DNA of 64,000 bases from the NCBI GenBank assembly GCA_040954595.2, contig CM082576.2:14821129-14885128 (forward strand), read 5' to 3'. Position numbers and translations under genes: made by a program. Of the stretch, positions 35,529 through 50,578 are shown in pieces. Every line of letters starts with the position of its first letter. Within the stretch, counting starts at the first letter, position 1. The notes under the pieces are model-generated. The model ran no database searches, had not been told where the DNA came from, and was given only the letters and a program-made list of their open reading frames with translations. Origin of the DNA: Balanoglossus misakiensis. Its lineage: Eukaryota > Animalia > Hemichordata.

Positions 35529-38500
35529 AATAATGATTAAATGGCTGACTGACAGATATATTCTGCATTATAGGTACACTATGGTACATTGGTCTGGCAT
35601 GTCAGCATAATGGCTCTTGATACGAACAATATGTAACAAAATGGCTGCCTGTAACAAAATGGCTGCCAAGCGGCCATATTGGATCATATTCTTACAAAAA
35701 GTGAACGCATACATGTATAAGTCTAACTGTCTGTTGAAATGCAAGTCTGAATTATGCAGTTTACCAAAATGCCTACCCCTGAACAAGGATTGTTATCCCA
35801 TTCCTATTGCCTCAGTGGATACATGTAATTACATGTATAGAACAGATATTCCACTGAAATCCACATCCAAATAATACACAAACTGATAAAAAAATCTATT
35901 AAGGAACTACATGTACTTGTGAATAGAAATGTGCTTGGCATTTAGCATTTGAACAAAATAGCACCCTGGATATGAGAATTGAGGGTGAAAATGCTGCCCT
36001 GGTTCCCCTCTCTAATTCCAACCCACTCATTTTAGTCTTGAGCGTAGAACAATCGGCAGAAGCCCGGATACTGCAGCTCTAGCTATTCTGCGTTAAACCC
36101 TAACACACAGTTTGCCATCATTCTCAAACGCAGCGTAATCCCCTGCGCGATCAGGCATCTCCCCCAAAAAACAATACTCTGTGTACAGGGCAAAGTATGG
36201 TAATAGCAGAATGATGAAATAAGTGTCAGCTGTGACATGCGTTACCGGGTAATGATGGATGTTACAGAGATTGGATTTATCTGGGTGCAGTTTTATCAGG
36301 ACTGCGCTTGGCTTGGATGAGATTTCCATGGCAACTTGAAAAGTTGTTTTTTATTATTTTCTCCCTGAGGCTCCTTATAAGGTTTTTAAATCTCTCTGAT
36401 TCCGAGTAGCTGTGTTCTTTTCTTAGAAGCGCATATAATTATAGCAGTTTATTCAGCATGGTGTTTCCCATCACCATCATTCTGTGGTGTAACATGTACA
36501 TGTACCTCTGGTTTCAATGGACGAGATGCTTCCATAAATACATGTAGAGATGGGGGGAGGGGGGGGGGGAGATGGGGCCCACAATTTTCAGAGAACTTTT
36601 GCATTCCTGTTTTGATAATTACCATAATATTTTAATCTCTGATTCAATAATTATAAAATTAATGCGCAGTTTTGTTTTGTTTTGTTTTATCCTCTTATCA
36701 CACTGATGTTGCAGTTGATGCAGATGATATTGATATACTAAAGCGAGAATAAATTTGCAAGTGTTTAGATGTAAACAAATTGTGTTTCTATGCTGATTAT
36801 TTACACTACATGTACTTAGCTTCATAATTTCATATGAATGTGAAACTAACTGGTTCAAAGATGCCTTATAAACATCTAGCCCTTATAGTATAAGATACTA
36901 AAAATAAAATTATATTTATGTACAAAATTCACAGCTGATACAGTCCGAATCATACTGTACCCTGTTACATGATATAACATTGAACTTTATTTTTCATTTC
37001 CAGCCCAAGGGATTTAATATGTTGATCAAGCTAAGGTGAAAAATGACAGATAAAAAAATTGAATAGCATTTTGTTGGACAACTGCTTGATTTCAACTCAG
37101 CCCTTGTAAAACGTCTCAGTCACCTATACAACACTTGTAACCATGACAATGTAATTCGAATAATTACCACAACACTTTCCGAGGCTGTCCTTGGTGCCAT
37201 TTTACAATTCACAGAGAAAAGCGATGCAAAAACAACATTGAGCGATTACTGGCAATGATGGGCTATGCATACATAATTCACAAACACATTTTAGCCAAAA
37301 TCCCTGAGAAATCTTTGCCGATACAGGAGAAATTCTCCAACCTCCATTAATGGGCTGTTTAAAGACACGCGCAAAAAAGTACCGTTGCCATGGATTTCTG
37401 ACTATCCTAAATTTACAACTAAAAATTCAACTAAAAGAGCAAACAGTCCCCTGAGATACATCAAAGCTGAATTCCATTAGAGGATAAAGCAAGCAGAGAG
37501 AGAACCTTTCATGATCTCATAAATTTTCCAAACAAATCTCCCCCATTTGGATTTCTAGAGACAACGATGATGCAGCCGAAAATCTATTGAAAATGTTCCA
37601 TCCATCACCTTGGCTTGACAGAAAATGTCGATGATAGCCTTCTTGTGCATGTGCTAATGTGAAATTTATAACATTTCAATAATTAATGATTTCCAGGGGA
37701 ATCACCACTGACAATTCAATGGTAGGTTTAATTGGAATAAACCAACCTACAAGTCCGAAACAGTTCCAAAAGCAGTTCTTCTAGTACTACAAAGTATGAA
37801 TACAAAAAGCAGCTTTAATATTTGTATATCATCAACTGATATTACACAAGCTTATTTTGGTATTCTCATCAAAATGACATTGGGAGATTTGAAAATATTT
37901 ATGTGACAAAACTGAATTGCAGTTTGAGAAGAAACCCTTTTGATTAAATTTTGTAGCCTTCAAAATAGTTTTTTCTGCATTTCGAAATGATTTCAAAAGA
38001 CCTCTTACATGGCAGAATGCACAGACAGATATGATACAGCCCACTGAGCAGTTTTAAGACAAAATTTGCTACAGAAGCATAGAGTCACCAGGCAGAGAAT
38101 CTGAGCATAGCCTGTTGCTATAAATACATTGTGTGGAGAATTGATGGGTATGTTTCCTGGAAATTAATATTCTTCTATTTTCCTTGAATAATTGTGCATA
38201 ATATATGCTATTTCACATCAACATGAGTGTCAATCTATATGGCCACCTTCGACCGTTATCCTTTAACAGTTTTTTTTTTTCATATCTATCTACGACAGAA
38301 CTACAGACAAGCCATGCACTATTCACAGTTTCAATTCTCTAAACTTGTATTTCAACTGGACAGTAGCTGTAGTATTTGATGACCCTTTTTAATGATTTTG
38401 TCGTAAATGTTTGTTAATAATGATAAAACACCAAGTACCGAGCTGGTCAGCATGACCCCAAACACATGATTATATATAGGTGAAATGTATATTTTCATTG

Positions 38501-39808
38501 CTTAGAGCTGAATTCAATTTAATACTTGAATTTTCATGACCTGAAATTAGCATTACTTTTTACCAAACTACAGGATGTTGACTTGCACTATGGGTGAAAA
38601 GCAGGCCCATGCATGCAAATTAGGAGTAAGGCATGCATGGTGAAATTATAATTGAATTTCATGCCATATTGACTGATTAACTTATATTTTCTATTTTCTG
38701 ATTTTTCTGGAGCAAAATTTTAGTATGACCTAAAATTGTATTTAGTTTCAATATTTCAACTTCTCTCGACTAATTGGTAGAAATCTGCACATGGATACTC
38801 TGATCAACAACACATGAATATATTGCTCAACTATGTCAAAAATCACACTTATTATTAGCTTCACCATGAAAATACCGTAGATTAACTTGATATATATTTC
38901 TATGGAAAATAAAGGCTTACTTCCACATCAATATCAACAAGACTAATGCAAAAAGCCTGGGATTTGAAAAATTATCCCTTTTAGGCTGTGAGAGCTATCA
39001 AAAGAAAGAGCCCTCACAGTCACTTGATAATATGTACAGTCTGTGTTGACAAGAGAAATATCCGGCATTTCAACATTCTTTGTAGGGTTGAACAAGAACT
39101 TTTAGCATAATACATTAAATTTACCAAAATAACTGAAAAAGTAAAGTCGTGGCTATCATTCCTTTGAATTCACATCACGTCCTTATCAAAACATGATCAA
39201 GAATTGCAAATCTCTCCATTATCTCTTCCTTCATCCTGAAAACATGGCCAGTGTCTTCCTGAAAATGCATATCTGATAAAATGCAGTCATGCAAGTGGGT
39301 TCACAAATTCTTCAATGGTCTGACCTAATGAGGCAGAAATTCAATTGTCGGCCATTTTTTATAGGAAAATAGTAACGTGTAAGTTTTGAAAAGAGAAACT
39401 ATTTTATTAATGTAAGAGTGTGTATGATAAAATTTAAAGTGGGCACTTCATACGATTAATTTCTAGCTACATGTAGTAATTTTCTGGTAATATTCTAAAG
39501 AAGGTAAGATCATGGCATGATGTCTTAAACACCACATAATGACAATGACTCATCTTAAGAGGCAATTATGAGAGACTAATATCACTGTCCATTTTTAATA
39601 ATCCGCACAGAAATAAAGTTGAATGATGTTTGTGTGATTCAAATTTGCATATCGGTGGCATCCTTTCCATGTTTAACACAACACCAGCATTCATTGAAAT
39701 TCAGTGAGTTTTCTGTGTTGCATTCGAATAAGAACTTCTGAACAAACTGATCTTTCTCTTGCCATAGCTACTACACACAACAGAAATCTAATATTGCCAG
39801 TCAGTTAA

Positions 39809-40794
39809 GGTAGTTGGAAAGGCTATTTTTGAAGCAAATTCTCTCAATGTTTGTGAATTTATTTTCACAAGTTAGAATAAAGATAATGACTTGAAATTTG
39901 CAGCATGTATTCTTAACAAACTAAAAAGTGAGGGAAAAATATGACTGTAAAAATATCTGCTAAAATTATGAAATTTGATACGCCTAAATATAAATATTCA
40001 CAATTTTACAAAATATTGATTGAATCTTGACATGTTTTCACAAATTATTGAATAATTTGTATTCATTTTAATATTAAGCAACCCCTCCAGCAATGTACGG
40101 GACACTTTCAGCATAAACTTATTTTTTTCAAAGTTATCACTCAGGAAAACACAGTTTTTGTTGATATTTTGTATACAACTTTAACGTGCTGCCAAAACAC
40201 AACGGGAAAACTTATGAAAAAACTGTCCCATAAAATTGTTCTTTGGGATGTCCCGAGCCTTTCCTGAAAAATTCATGATAAAAAAAATATCTGGCATACC
40301 TATTCAATCACAAATAAAAACCATTACATTATGGCGAAGGGCAGAAAAGTAGCGAAATACGCAAAGTTTAGCGGCAGTTCACGGCGAAGGATCGCATTTA
40401 TCTGGGTCAAACGCTTTTCCGCTGGCCTTTCGGGTTCCCTAGAAATGCAAAAATGTCCATAATTTGGTAGCCTTTAATAAACAAGCAAGGTTATCTATCG
40501 CTGAAAATTGCAAGAATCAGTGTTTGCAAGTTACATTTAAATGCCCTTGGCTAGGGGAACCCGTCCTTGTGTGCATAGCCTAGGAGAAGTCTTCCCCTAG
40601 AGGGCGCTCAAATAAGGCTCCCTAGCTTCATTGCCAGATGTATGAAATTAGGTATCATAAAACCAGCCATATCTTGTTACACGTTTATTGCCCCGAATTT
40701 TTCATAAGTTTAATTGTTCTCTAATACATTTCTAGATATAAATTCAGTGTTTTTAAATGAAATTTTAACTGACGCCCTAGCCTTTCCAACTACC
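39809..40794. mobile_element. Non-autonomous DNA transposon, Kolobok-like, 986 bp
   Basis: TTAA at 39805-39808 and 40795-40798. Perfect 17-bp TIR GGTAGTTGGAAAGGCTA / TAGCCTTTCCAACTACC. No ORF. Confidence 0.85.
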
Positions 40795-43700
40795 TTAATA
40801 TGAACTCTTAGTTATGAAACACGTCCTCCTTGTCCCCAGATATCAAAGTACCGACCGTACTAGTCATTCACACAGAGCCTACAAATTGAGGGCACTCTAA
40901 AAGATATCAGGTGAGTTGACTGCAGACATGTGTGAGTGGGAATATTAACATACATCATTTTTCATTGCGACAATAAAAAAAGCAAAATTCTCTCTGGAAC
41001 AGAAACAGGTGGTTGGAACGAAATTTGATTGATGACACAAAACGTGATCAATCGGGAGACATAAAGAAACCCGTTCATTTATCTTGTTTTATTACATTTT
41101 TTATTAAAAGCAGCAAAATTATCCTTTATCATAGATTATGATGTATGTATTGAACTCGTATTATTAGCATCTCTGCCTTAGCCCAGACAATGCCCATCTC
41201 CTCCACCCCCCTTCACCATCCTCTAACCTCCCCATCATCCTCCGTTAACAAAATAAACCCTTACTATATTCCGTTGCATAATAAATCTTACTTCTTTCTC
41301 GCTCCTCAGTAGAAGGACCCTTTCAATAACCTCTTCAATAACTCGCAGGTTTAAAAAAAATACATAGGTGAGAAAAGGAAACATAGGTCAAAGGTCACCC
41401 TAAAGCGGGGGATAGGTGTGATCTGGGACCGCCATGTTTTTGTTTGTCTTTTTTTTTGGGGGGGGGGGGGGGGGGGGGGGCAAAACCAGCAGTGAACACT
41501 GGTGCAATGGTACATGTGTGTATGGCTAACCAAAGTGGAGCAAAGTGCTGGATAATTATAAAATGCATGATAAACATAACTGTGTATGACGTCAAACCAT
41601 GATGAAGCAATTTTTTGCTGATTTGCTCAAATTAATTTTATTCACTTTCACATACCAGCAATTCCCTTCACAAAGATACACACACATTTGTTCAATCTTC
41701 CCCAGACTCCAGGGCTTTGTAACCATGGCATTTGTTACCATGGCATCACACCTCCATGCCCAACTGAATGACGAAAACCACAATCCATGTAACCCCTATA
41801 CAAAGTACACTAGTTTGCCACAAATGAACCAGGGGCTGTACCTTGGTGACGAACCTGGCAACAAGGACTTGTACGACTACTAGGGATATTGTAGCCAGCG
41901 TGTCGCCAGGACTTATACGTGACTTGCAATTTTGTGAGGGTTATAGCACTTTCCTGACACCATCAATGAATTCCCAAGTGAATGCTACAGCTGCACTTTC
42001 ATCACCTTAGAAGACAGGTGACAATGTCGTTTACAAAGTGTGGTAATCCGTTAACGATGCAATTTTTTTCCTGGGATTTTGGCACATTTCAATCAATCAA
42101 TATATGTACATTGTACATATACACATTTATATCATAATCTGCTCTTATACATTTATATCCTAATCTGATCTCCAAATGAGCGAAGTCGTAGTTAACTGGC
42201 CATCTTCCCTGATTTGTTCAAAGTATTCGCCGGATATTTATAAAATGGAGATTGTTCTTTTTGCACAGTTGGCACTATGTGCCATCAAACTTTTCTACAC
42301 AAGCTGTTGTATACATATACAACCAGATTAACCTCTTATGAACTACATTTACAATCATTATTGGTAAACAATTCAATGATTCAAGTTATTATTTATCATT
42401 CCAAGTGAAGAGGCAAATTTTGACATTCCATCTCAAGTAGGATAAGCCTACGACAATATTTTAATTCTGTTTGACTTCTTTGACGAGAGGATTATCGGAA
42501 TCATGACAGATGGACCATCAAAAAACTCTTAGCTACTGAAGTTATTTGCTGCCCGTTTTTCTTCCATGCGTTCAAACTTGGCACCTGTTTCTGTACCTAA
42601 ACTGCATTGCAAATACTGGAAACTAGACAGATTCATTTCAGAATGACAGGGATGAAAATGAGATTCTGATTCCTCTGCAATAAACTGATATGTAACATTT
42701 AATTAATGTTGAATACCACAAAAAAGACATCATCTTTGCAAGAACTGCATGAAGTAGCAAAATATTCTTTAAATAAATTTGAAATGTTCAGAAGTCTAAC
42801 TTGTAAAAAGAATTCTTTATAGAATTACACAAGACAGCCCTTTTCCATATAAAATAAATGTCCTACATTTATCAAACCCATCAGCTATAATTTTTAATTG
42901 TCAATGAAAGAGGTTACATAACATTTGCTCCTCATGTACATGTAGTTGACATGCGCGATCACAACCTCAGAAAACGGTTGATGAATTTGCATACTTATAT
43001 GGCACGTAAATAATGCGATCACTTACAGTCTATGGCAGAATCAAGCACAACATGAAAAACCCCAGGCACGAAAATTAACAATTGTATTCCCGGGGGTCAT
43101 CTCAATAACTTAGTTGATTACTTTTTCCAATTTCGTAGCCATAGCTTCATTGTGCGCTACTGAGAGAGCAATTCTTTCGACTAATAAAAATAACTCAATT
43201 GAAAATATCGGGCAGTTACACATCTGAGAATCTTTTCGCTTCTGAACATACATCCTCAGGGGTCACGACTTGCCAAGGTGACTCGACTTTCAAGTGATAT
43301 GTTGTTACTGAACTAATATTGCCCGTGCGTAAAGGGTTTGTGGAAATCAAGAAAATAACAGGTTAGGCCTCAATCGATCAAGCGCACATTCCGATGATAA
43401 ATGGATAATTCTCCCCCAGGTCATTCTGCACAGGTCTGTCAAGGAAGGAATGTCTTGCACTCCCTCAGGTACAAGGATATGTAGTGTGTGTATGCAAAAA
43501 AGAACGTGACTCTAGGAATCCTGAAAGCGTCACCGGGGGGATCATAAATATGTAGATATTTCACCTGGCATCTACACCTACGATTTATCTACGGCCTAGC
43601 TGACCACGGATGAAATAATCTTCTCTTGCGGGTTAGATTTGGGTCTACGTCTCAAGAGTTCTGACTAATAGACAGGGGCGAGCTGAAACCCATCCACGTT

Positions 43701-46700
43701 CAATTTTTAGACTGGTTCAAACATACATATTATTGTACCATCAGCTGGACATGCATGTAACCTCAATCTGATTAAAATCAGTTGTAGAGTTACACGCGGT
43801 CTTTGCGTTTGCTGGTAATTGGCGCATACACTGAGAACAACCCAGACAGAGAACAGAACAGCCAAAACGATCACCAAAGCTAAAAACAGCACCTAACTCT
43901 ACATCAGATTGGACATAACCTCTGTCACACCAAAGACTGTCTAATTAATGAAAAGAGAAGTCATGGAAAAGTGCGACACCCTCCACACTCACTACACACA
44001 TGGTTGATACCATTCTCAACAGAGGTAATGACCAGAACATTCTGAAAATATTACAACCACTCTGTAAAAAACAACACAGCTTTGTGTATGCAATTCCCAG
44101 TGATAATTACTAAATATTATGACATTGACATAATAGCAAAATCAAGTCAAGGACAATTTAATAATTTATGGCTTATCCAAGTTTTCTGTTAATTGTAATG
44201 TTACGATTCTGAATATAGTCTACCCTTGCTGTAAAACTGCTTTCTGAATCACGTACAGCCTCTACGCTTTTCTGCTATGGATCCCCAACATACATGAATC
44301 ACTCAGCAAGGATTTACTGTATTGGGTTAAGCTAAGACAGAGGTTATCTTCAAGTGCTTGTATGGTACATGTCACATGTGTATAGGGATCTGTGTTGCCA
44401 TGGTCACGGTGTTGCAGTCTTAATACAGCGCACAAGTATCATACAAACACTTGTCAGTTTAGAAGTTTATCCCCACACTTTGCGATTTTTTTTACAAAGG
44501 AGCTGTTGTCGGCCTACAGAGAAATTTATGCGACCTGATTGATACAGTTTTGAGATACACCTGTGTTGTTTGTGACAGAGAACACCATAAGTAGCATATC
44601 ATCAACAACTATCGGGCAAAATAGGAGACTCTTGTATTTAACGACACAACACAGTGCTTGAGAATACCTAGTGCTTGTACAGTACCCGAAGGCAACTTAA
44701 CCTGTCGCACCACGAAAGAGCACACAGTACACTGTACATGTAAATTTGCATTTATAAATTCTTTTCATTTTCATTTGCAACTGGAACAAACAAACAAGGA
44801 ACTCGCTGATCGCTTATGTCTAACAGTTTTGCAGACAGAGATCTGCTTCATTGGGCACAGACATACAGACCGTTACTATGGCTACATAATCATTTTGATC
44901 AAATATTACGATTTATAATTTGACGTTGAGGCATATTTTTGTAGAATAAATGCAGAGTATTTTCACTATTATCTATATGTATTATTCAATAGCTTTGACA
45001 AGAACATCACTGGTCGATGAGTTTGGTAATATTTATTACCAAGAAGGTCCTGCTGGATCGATCAATGCAGTTGTGACAAACACACAGCTGTAAATGACAA
45101 GTCTCTCTCTTCATTTATCTCTGCACATTGCCGCTTTGACAGTTGATTACATCAGAGTTATTACAAAGTTGAAAAACCTCAAGGAAACCATGGCAACAGT
45201 GATGCAGTTGTCTCTGCTTTAAATACAAAGACCAGCTGACACAAAAGGAGAGACAATTGGTTGTTTTGTGGAGGCAGATAGTTGTCGCAGTTCAGCATAA
45301 GATGAGGAGATTACCACTGGTAATGCAGGACTCAAAGAGTGGCAATGAAAATAGTCTTTATATAGCGAGCAGCGTCATTCACTTTTAATCTCTATAAACA
45401 TCTAGGATTGAGCCTGGCTTCTCCGATGCAGACCCACATTTTTCGAATTCTGAATACTTGATCGCACACCGCAACATTCAAATCTTGTAATGCAACCGCA
45501 TACTTCTCACAGGGGCTCTGCTCGTTTGAGATAAACACAAAACAAAAGAAATCACCCAGACAGATGAGAGTACATTGTTGAGAAACAACACACGAGATTT
45601 GCTTCACTAGACACTTTGTCGCGAAGGCATGCACCACTAAGACTCATGCTTGTGTAACTATTTCAATGTCACTACATAAACTGGATTATTTAACCTCGAG
45701 GGGGGGGGGAACTCTAATGACATGTAGTCTCTGAAATGACACATCAGTTACTATTTTAAGAAAGTTTTGTAAAAATTAAGATTACGGTTAGGCTGAAAAA
45801 AAAGGGATTCTCTTGTTACCTGTGAAAATTTTTTGTCAAAATTAATTATTGTGGAATCTAGCATAATGATATTAAGCAAACAAACTGACGAGTAAATTGT
45901 GGGTTTTTTATATATCCGAGACTGATAAATAATTCACTATGTATCATTTCCCGATAATTATCACATCAACGTTCTCTCCTACTATCATCAAACTAACATT
46001 TACATTGTGTAATGACTAAATTGACATTTTCACAAATGCAGCTGGCTTAGTACATTTATTATTGATGGCCTGTCATGGATTTCCACGATTAAAAATGAAT
46101 AAAGAATCATTCAAGCTTTTAAAAAAAGGAAATTGCCTTGGTGAAACACATGATATTTGCAGGATAAATAATGCTACTTGTATGCTTTTCTAAACCCCCT
46201 GAAGTGGGAATTTATCTAATGAAATATATGCATACATTGTCTCTTCAGCTTCAGTGCACTTACAAAATAATCAGTGCAACAAAGCCGAAGATAGGTGAAT
46301 TTAAGCATCATGATATTAATGGCTTGATGTAGTGCACACAGAACTTCAATGCACAAACAGAAAATATTACAGCCAGCATCTCTACTTCCCAGTATAAATA
46401 GATTTATAGGTAGTATCACAGAGAAATAAACTAATTTCAATATGATAGTACTTTTTAAAAGAGAAAACGTCCTCCAGGTATGAAGGCCCCAACCTCACTA
46501 GAAAATATCTAAACTATCCAGTTCAGGCTAAATAGTAAAGCATGTACAGTAAAACCTGTCAAAACAGAAGATGTTACAGGGAGTAGAACCAAGAAACATG
46601 TAGCACCGATGCATGGCCTGGGCTGGAAAATAACCAATGTGGACACTCTGTGTTGGTTCAGGGGTGACTTATTTTGGTCCCGGTAGGAAGGGGGGTTCAG

Positions 46701-49700
46701 GGCCAACGCAAAAAATTCAGTTGGATTGACGAATGTGAACAACATCATTTTAAAGCCCATAAATGCTTCAGCTAACATTGCTTTAAAACTACAAAACCTT
46801 GTCACATATTGCTCGTCAATTGCAATATCATTCTATTACTATGCACAATTAATAAGTACAATATGCTTCCTTCTGGTTTGAAATTCAAGGTCTCAATTCC
46901 ATGAGATTATCATGTTCAGCTGATCACACTACACAAGGGCAAGCTCATAAGAATGGGTACTGCTTTATTGCTTAACTGTTGTTCAGTGTTTGTCACTATT
47001 GCTAAGATAAAACTATCATGTATCATTCCATTTTCCTTTTAATACTCCTTTCCGGTCTTTCAGATCTTATCCCAAATTTTGTTAAAACTAGTCAAACTGA
47101 CAGACACCCCTGCACATATCTGGAACATATGGCACAATCTTATTACAGCTGACAGCTAATGCAATCTGCATTGGTTGAAAGGACACGGCTCGAGAATAAG
47201 GAAACTGCGCTTGACATGATTATAATCCCAATAAATCTGATATAGCAAGCAATTTAGCGAAGGAAAAGATTCTTAGTGGGGACTTCTTGACGTCAGCAAC
47301 AATCAATGGGTTAAAAATAGTTCAGAGATATGTAGTGGGAGTATTTGATGCATGTGGTATCTGTTTTTTTTCATTAATACATGACTGAAGAGTTTCCTGT
47401 ATTTGTCCTGTGTACAACACTGAAGGACTGATGACTAAAACATTATGTTGTACGCGTGGCGCTTCAAGCAGCTCACACTTGTCCGGAAAACTTTCTGACA
47501 AAGTAGAGTGCTCAAAAAGAGCTACCTTTGTTTTTAATTTATCATATATGTAATGTAGATATTAAAATTTACAGTCAGAAGAAAATCTGCTGAAAACTAT
47601 ACATGACACAGTATGAGCAGATTGGTGTACATAAAAACAACCATACTTTATTTTTTCCAACCAACTTTTTTGCCAAAATCACACAGTCCCTTACACACCA
47701 TCCAAAGCCAGTGTTTCCCCTCCCTCGTCGACATCACCAGTCATTTGTTTTAACTTTCGCAGAGTGCTTTTCAGCCTAGCCGAACCAGGGGATATTGCTG
47801 TAACAGTAATTTATAGTCAACTCACTGATGTTCTGTTTTGCTGAGTAGAATGTTTATTCACGGGGTACAGACAACACTATTTATTTTACTCACAAGCGAT
47901 GCATTTGCTTCAATGCAAATCAAGACAAAAATAGCATATAGGGAGTGCCAGAGTTAACTGAAGGTCTAACAGATGTGTCGCTGTCATAGTTTGTGTCCAG
48001 CCTATTGCACTCAATGCCACAGCATCAACACCTGTTTATCTGAGTTGAGGTCAGCTGCGATAACACATCAAAGGGGTAACCCTCAGTTCATATGACCCAT
48101 GTACTGGAGGTGATCTGGGGTGACTATTGGGCATTTCAACATGTTTCAAGGAGTAGAACAAGAATACATATATGCTGTTCATGTACAGAACAAAAAAAAT
48201 TGGCGATTGGACAGTCTCTTATTCTTATTGGGTTCAAATTTAGCCACAGTTACCATAGAAAGTTAAAGCCAATCACAGATTTTTTGTGGGCAGCCACGTG
48301 AAAAATAGTGCACTCTTACATGGTCATTTGTAGACTTAGACATGTATGCCTTTTTGACCGTAAATGGGCATATGCAAATTAGAGGTGAGTGTATTCCTTT
48401 AAATTGTCAATGAAACAAACAGACTACATCCCTATGTTTAGCAATGCAGCACTAAATTCCTGTGCCCCTCTTGCTCTTACTAAATCACCAAGGGCACGAC
48501 AGTGGATGAGATGAAAAGTGCCTCGTAGCAGAATATGGGCTGTGAATGAGTCTAGATTCACGCATACATATTTATTATTATTATTTTGGAACACTAATGT
48601 TCTGAACATAGTATGATAACAGTAAATGATGTATTCCATGCCAAAAATTGCTGCTTTCTCAGGTATAAATTAGCACATAATCCATATTGTAGACATCAGA
48701 TGTTCAGTAGCATGGTTCTACAACAAAACAGTAAATATTTTTATGAGAATACAGCATACCCATCTTGTACACTGCTGGCTACCAACACTCCCACTCATCA
48801 ACATCACATCAATGCATGTTATTTCCAAAATTCAATTTTCACTCCTTTTTCATGGTACGTTTTCTAGGGAAGTTTCATTTGTTACAACAGAGGATAAAAA
48901 TATGAGTAACAGTTTCTTAAGCCTGCAACTTGTAAAGATTAAACCCTGCTGATAATCGCTTCACTGTAATCCGTATCAGATGCTAAAACCACTAGTGACC
49001 GCGGATCTATTGCACAAGAATTTTGGGGAGGACAATATGGCTGCCAGGCGCTACATACACTGTACAGCTGCTTCATGGAAACAATTCAACTGCCCTTGAA
49101 AACCGCATAATTGATACCGTTGTCTGGGGATTTTCGAATGTGCAGTCTGTCATTGCATAAATATTAAAAGATTTCATCAATCCTTGAATAAACACAGGAT
49201 ATATATCAACTGTTGAAACGCCGTACAAGGAGATTTTTAAGAGCTAAACACTTTTATTACCCTGCATAAAGAGTCTTGTCCGGACTGTTAATGGGGTATG
49301 GTATAGTACAACTATTAAACACAATTTCTCTTTGTGATGGAATGGACACCTGGGTACGGGTATTTCAAATCTGGGCACCACAACTGACAATACAAACCAT
49401 GAGAAATGGAGACTTGTCTGAGATTTCAATTAAGGGCACAGTATTTGCTGAAACACCGGAAGACGACATTATGTATCCCATACATGTACCAAAAATCCCA
49501 ATTTGGTGTATATATATGTATATGATCAAAATTTGACGCAAATTTGAACTGACCACTTGCATTATTTTTGGGTGACGGTAAATGATTATGTGGTGGAAAG
49601 TCTTTGTTTTCCATTGAAATGTTTATCAAGTTAATGCATTTGCCGTTATATACAGCTGATAGAGGACATTCGCTTCAAAATCCATGGATCAGTAATTTCT

Positions 49701-50395
49701 TACCTTTACCTACAAATTAACTGATGTCTAAACTCAAATTATCAAACAGACTTCATATAAAAATTTTGTGATCCTAATATACAAATGGAAAGCCAAACTC
49801 ATATGAAAGTACTCAAGTAAGGAGTACTTCCACAATGCAGATGGAATTCTTTTTCTGGTCCACCAGAGAATGTCTGAGAGAAACGTAATTTGCCATTTGC
49901 TTCTCAGAATGCACAGACAGAACTCTAGGCATACCCCTGCTGAATGAATAAATCTCTTTTACAGGTTCTTTCTATGAAACTTTAATCAGGTTTTACAGCA
50001 CATCCTACGCCATGTATATATACTAAATCTTTTTTTAGTGATTATATATAACAGTCTACACTCCACTTCATAAAATAATTCAATACAATTCATCTTTGAT
50101 GGGATGTACTACTACTAAGCCAAAAAAAAGAATTACATGTACACGCAGGTCGTGCAAAGAAACAGTAAATTCATTAAGTGATGAAAATAAACATCAAGGA
50201 TTTCCGGGATTGGTAAAGATGTACTAAATATACAGTAGTTTTGGGAAATAAATATTTTGAGCAAAGTGAAATTTTATTTTAAATCTCACTGACACAGCAT
50301 CTCAAAATTATGTGATTCATAGTCAGTTAGACAAAAAATATGTTCTGGGTGTGTACTGTACTTCTGTTGAATAACTCCACAATAATGACAATATA

Positions 50396-50578
50396 TTAAT
50401 TTTCCAAGCGATAAACCTTTGCTATATGTCCATTCAAGCTGGCCTTGACATCAATTTCTTGTACTCCATATGTAGTACTGTCTGTATGATCAGAGTGACC
50501 CACATTTATGCCATCATTATGGCTATAGCAACACTTCACTGTGGTGTTCGGAAGTTCAACACACAATTTCCTTCCCAA
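50396..50578 (-). pseudogene. Possible decayed CR1/L2-type LINE RT C-terminal fragment
   Basis: YGVQEIDVKASLNGHIAKVYRLEN resembles LGV.ID.KLSF..HI..V...AN, preceded by N...KC. Confidence 0.33.

Noticed and set aside
42559-42636. Minus-strand MNLSSFQYLQCSLGTETGAKFERMEE, resembling the PLCB4 first coding exon (GAVFDRYEE)
   Set aside because: No GT donor after EE, the conserved W and VP are missing, a stop follows, and exons 2-3 are not found downstream.
45013-45050. VDEFGNIYYQEG
   Set aside because: It is on the + strand, opposite to the gene, with no exon context.
47477-47494. 18-nt exon-like segment (KVFRTS) between tttgtcag and gtgagc
   Set aside because: Moderate splice sites only, of a quality expected by chance in a 50-kb intron.
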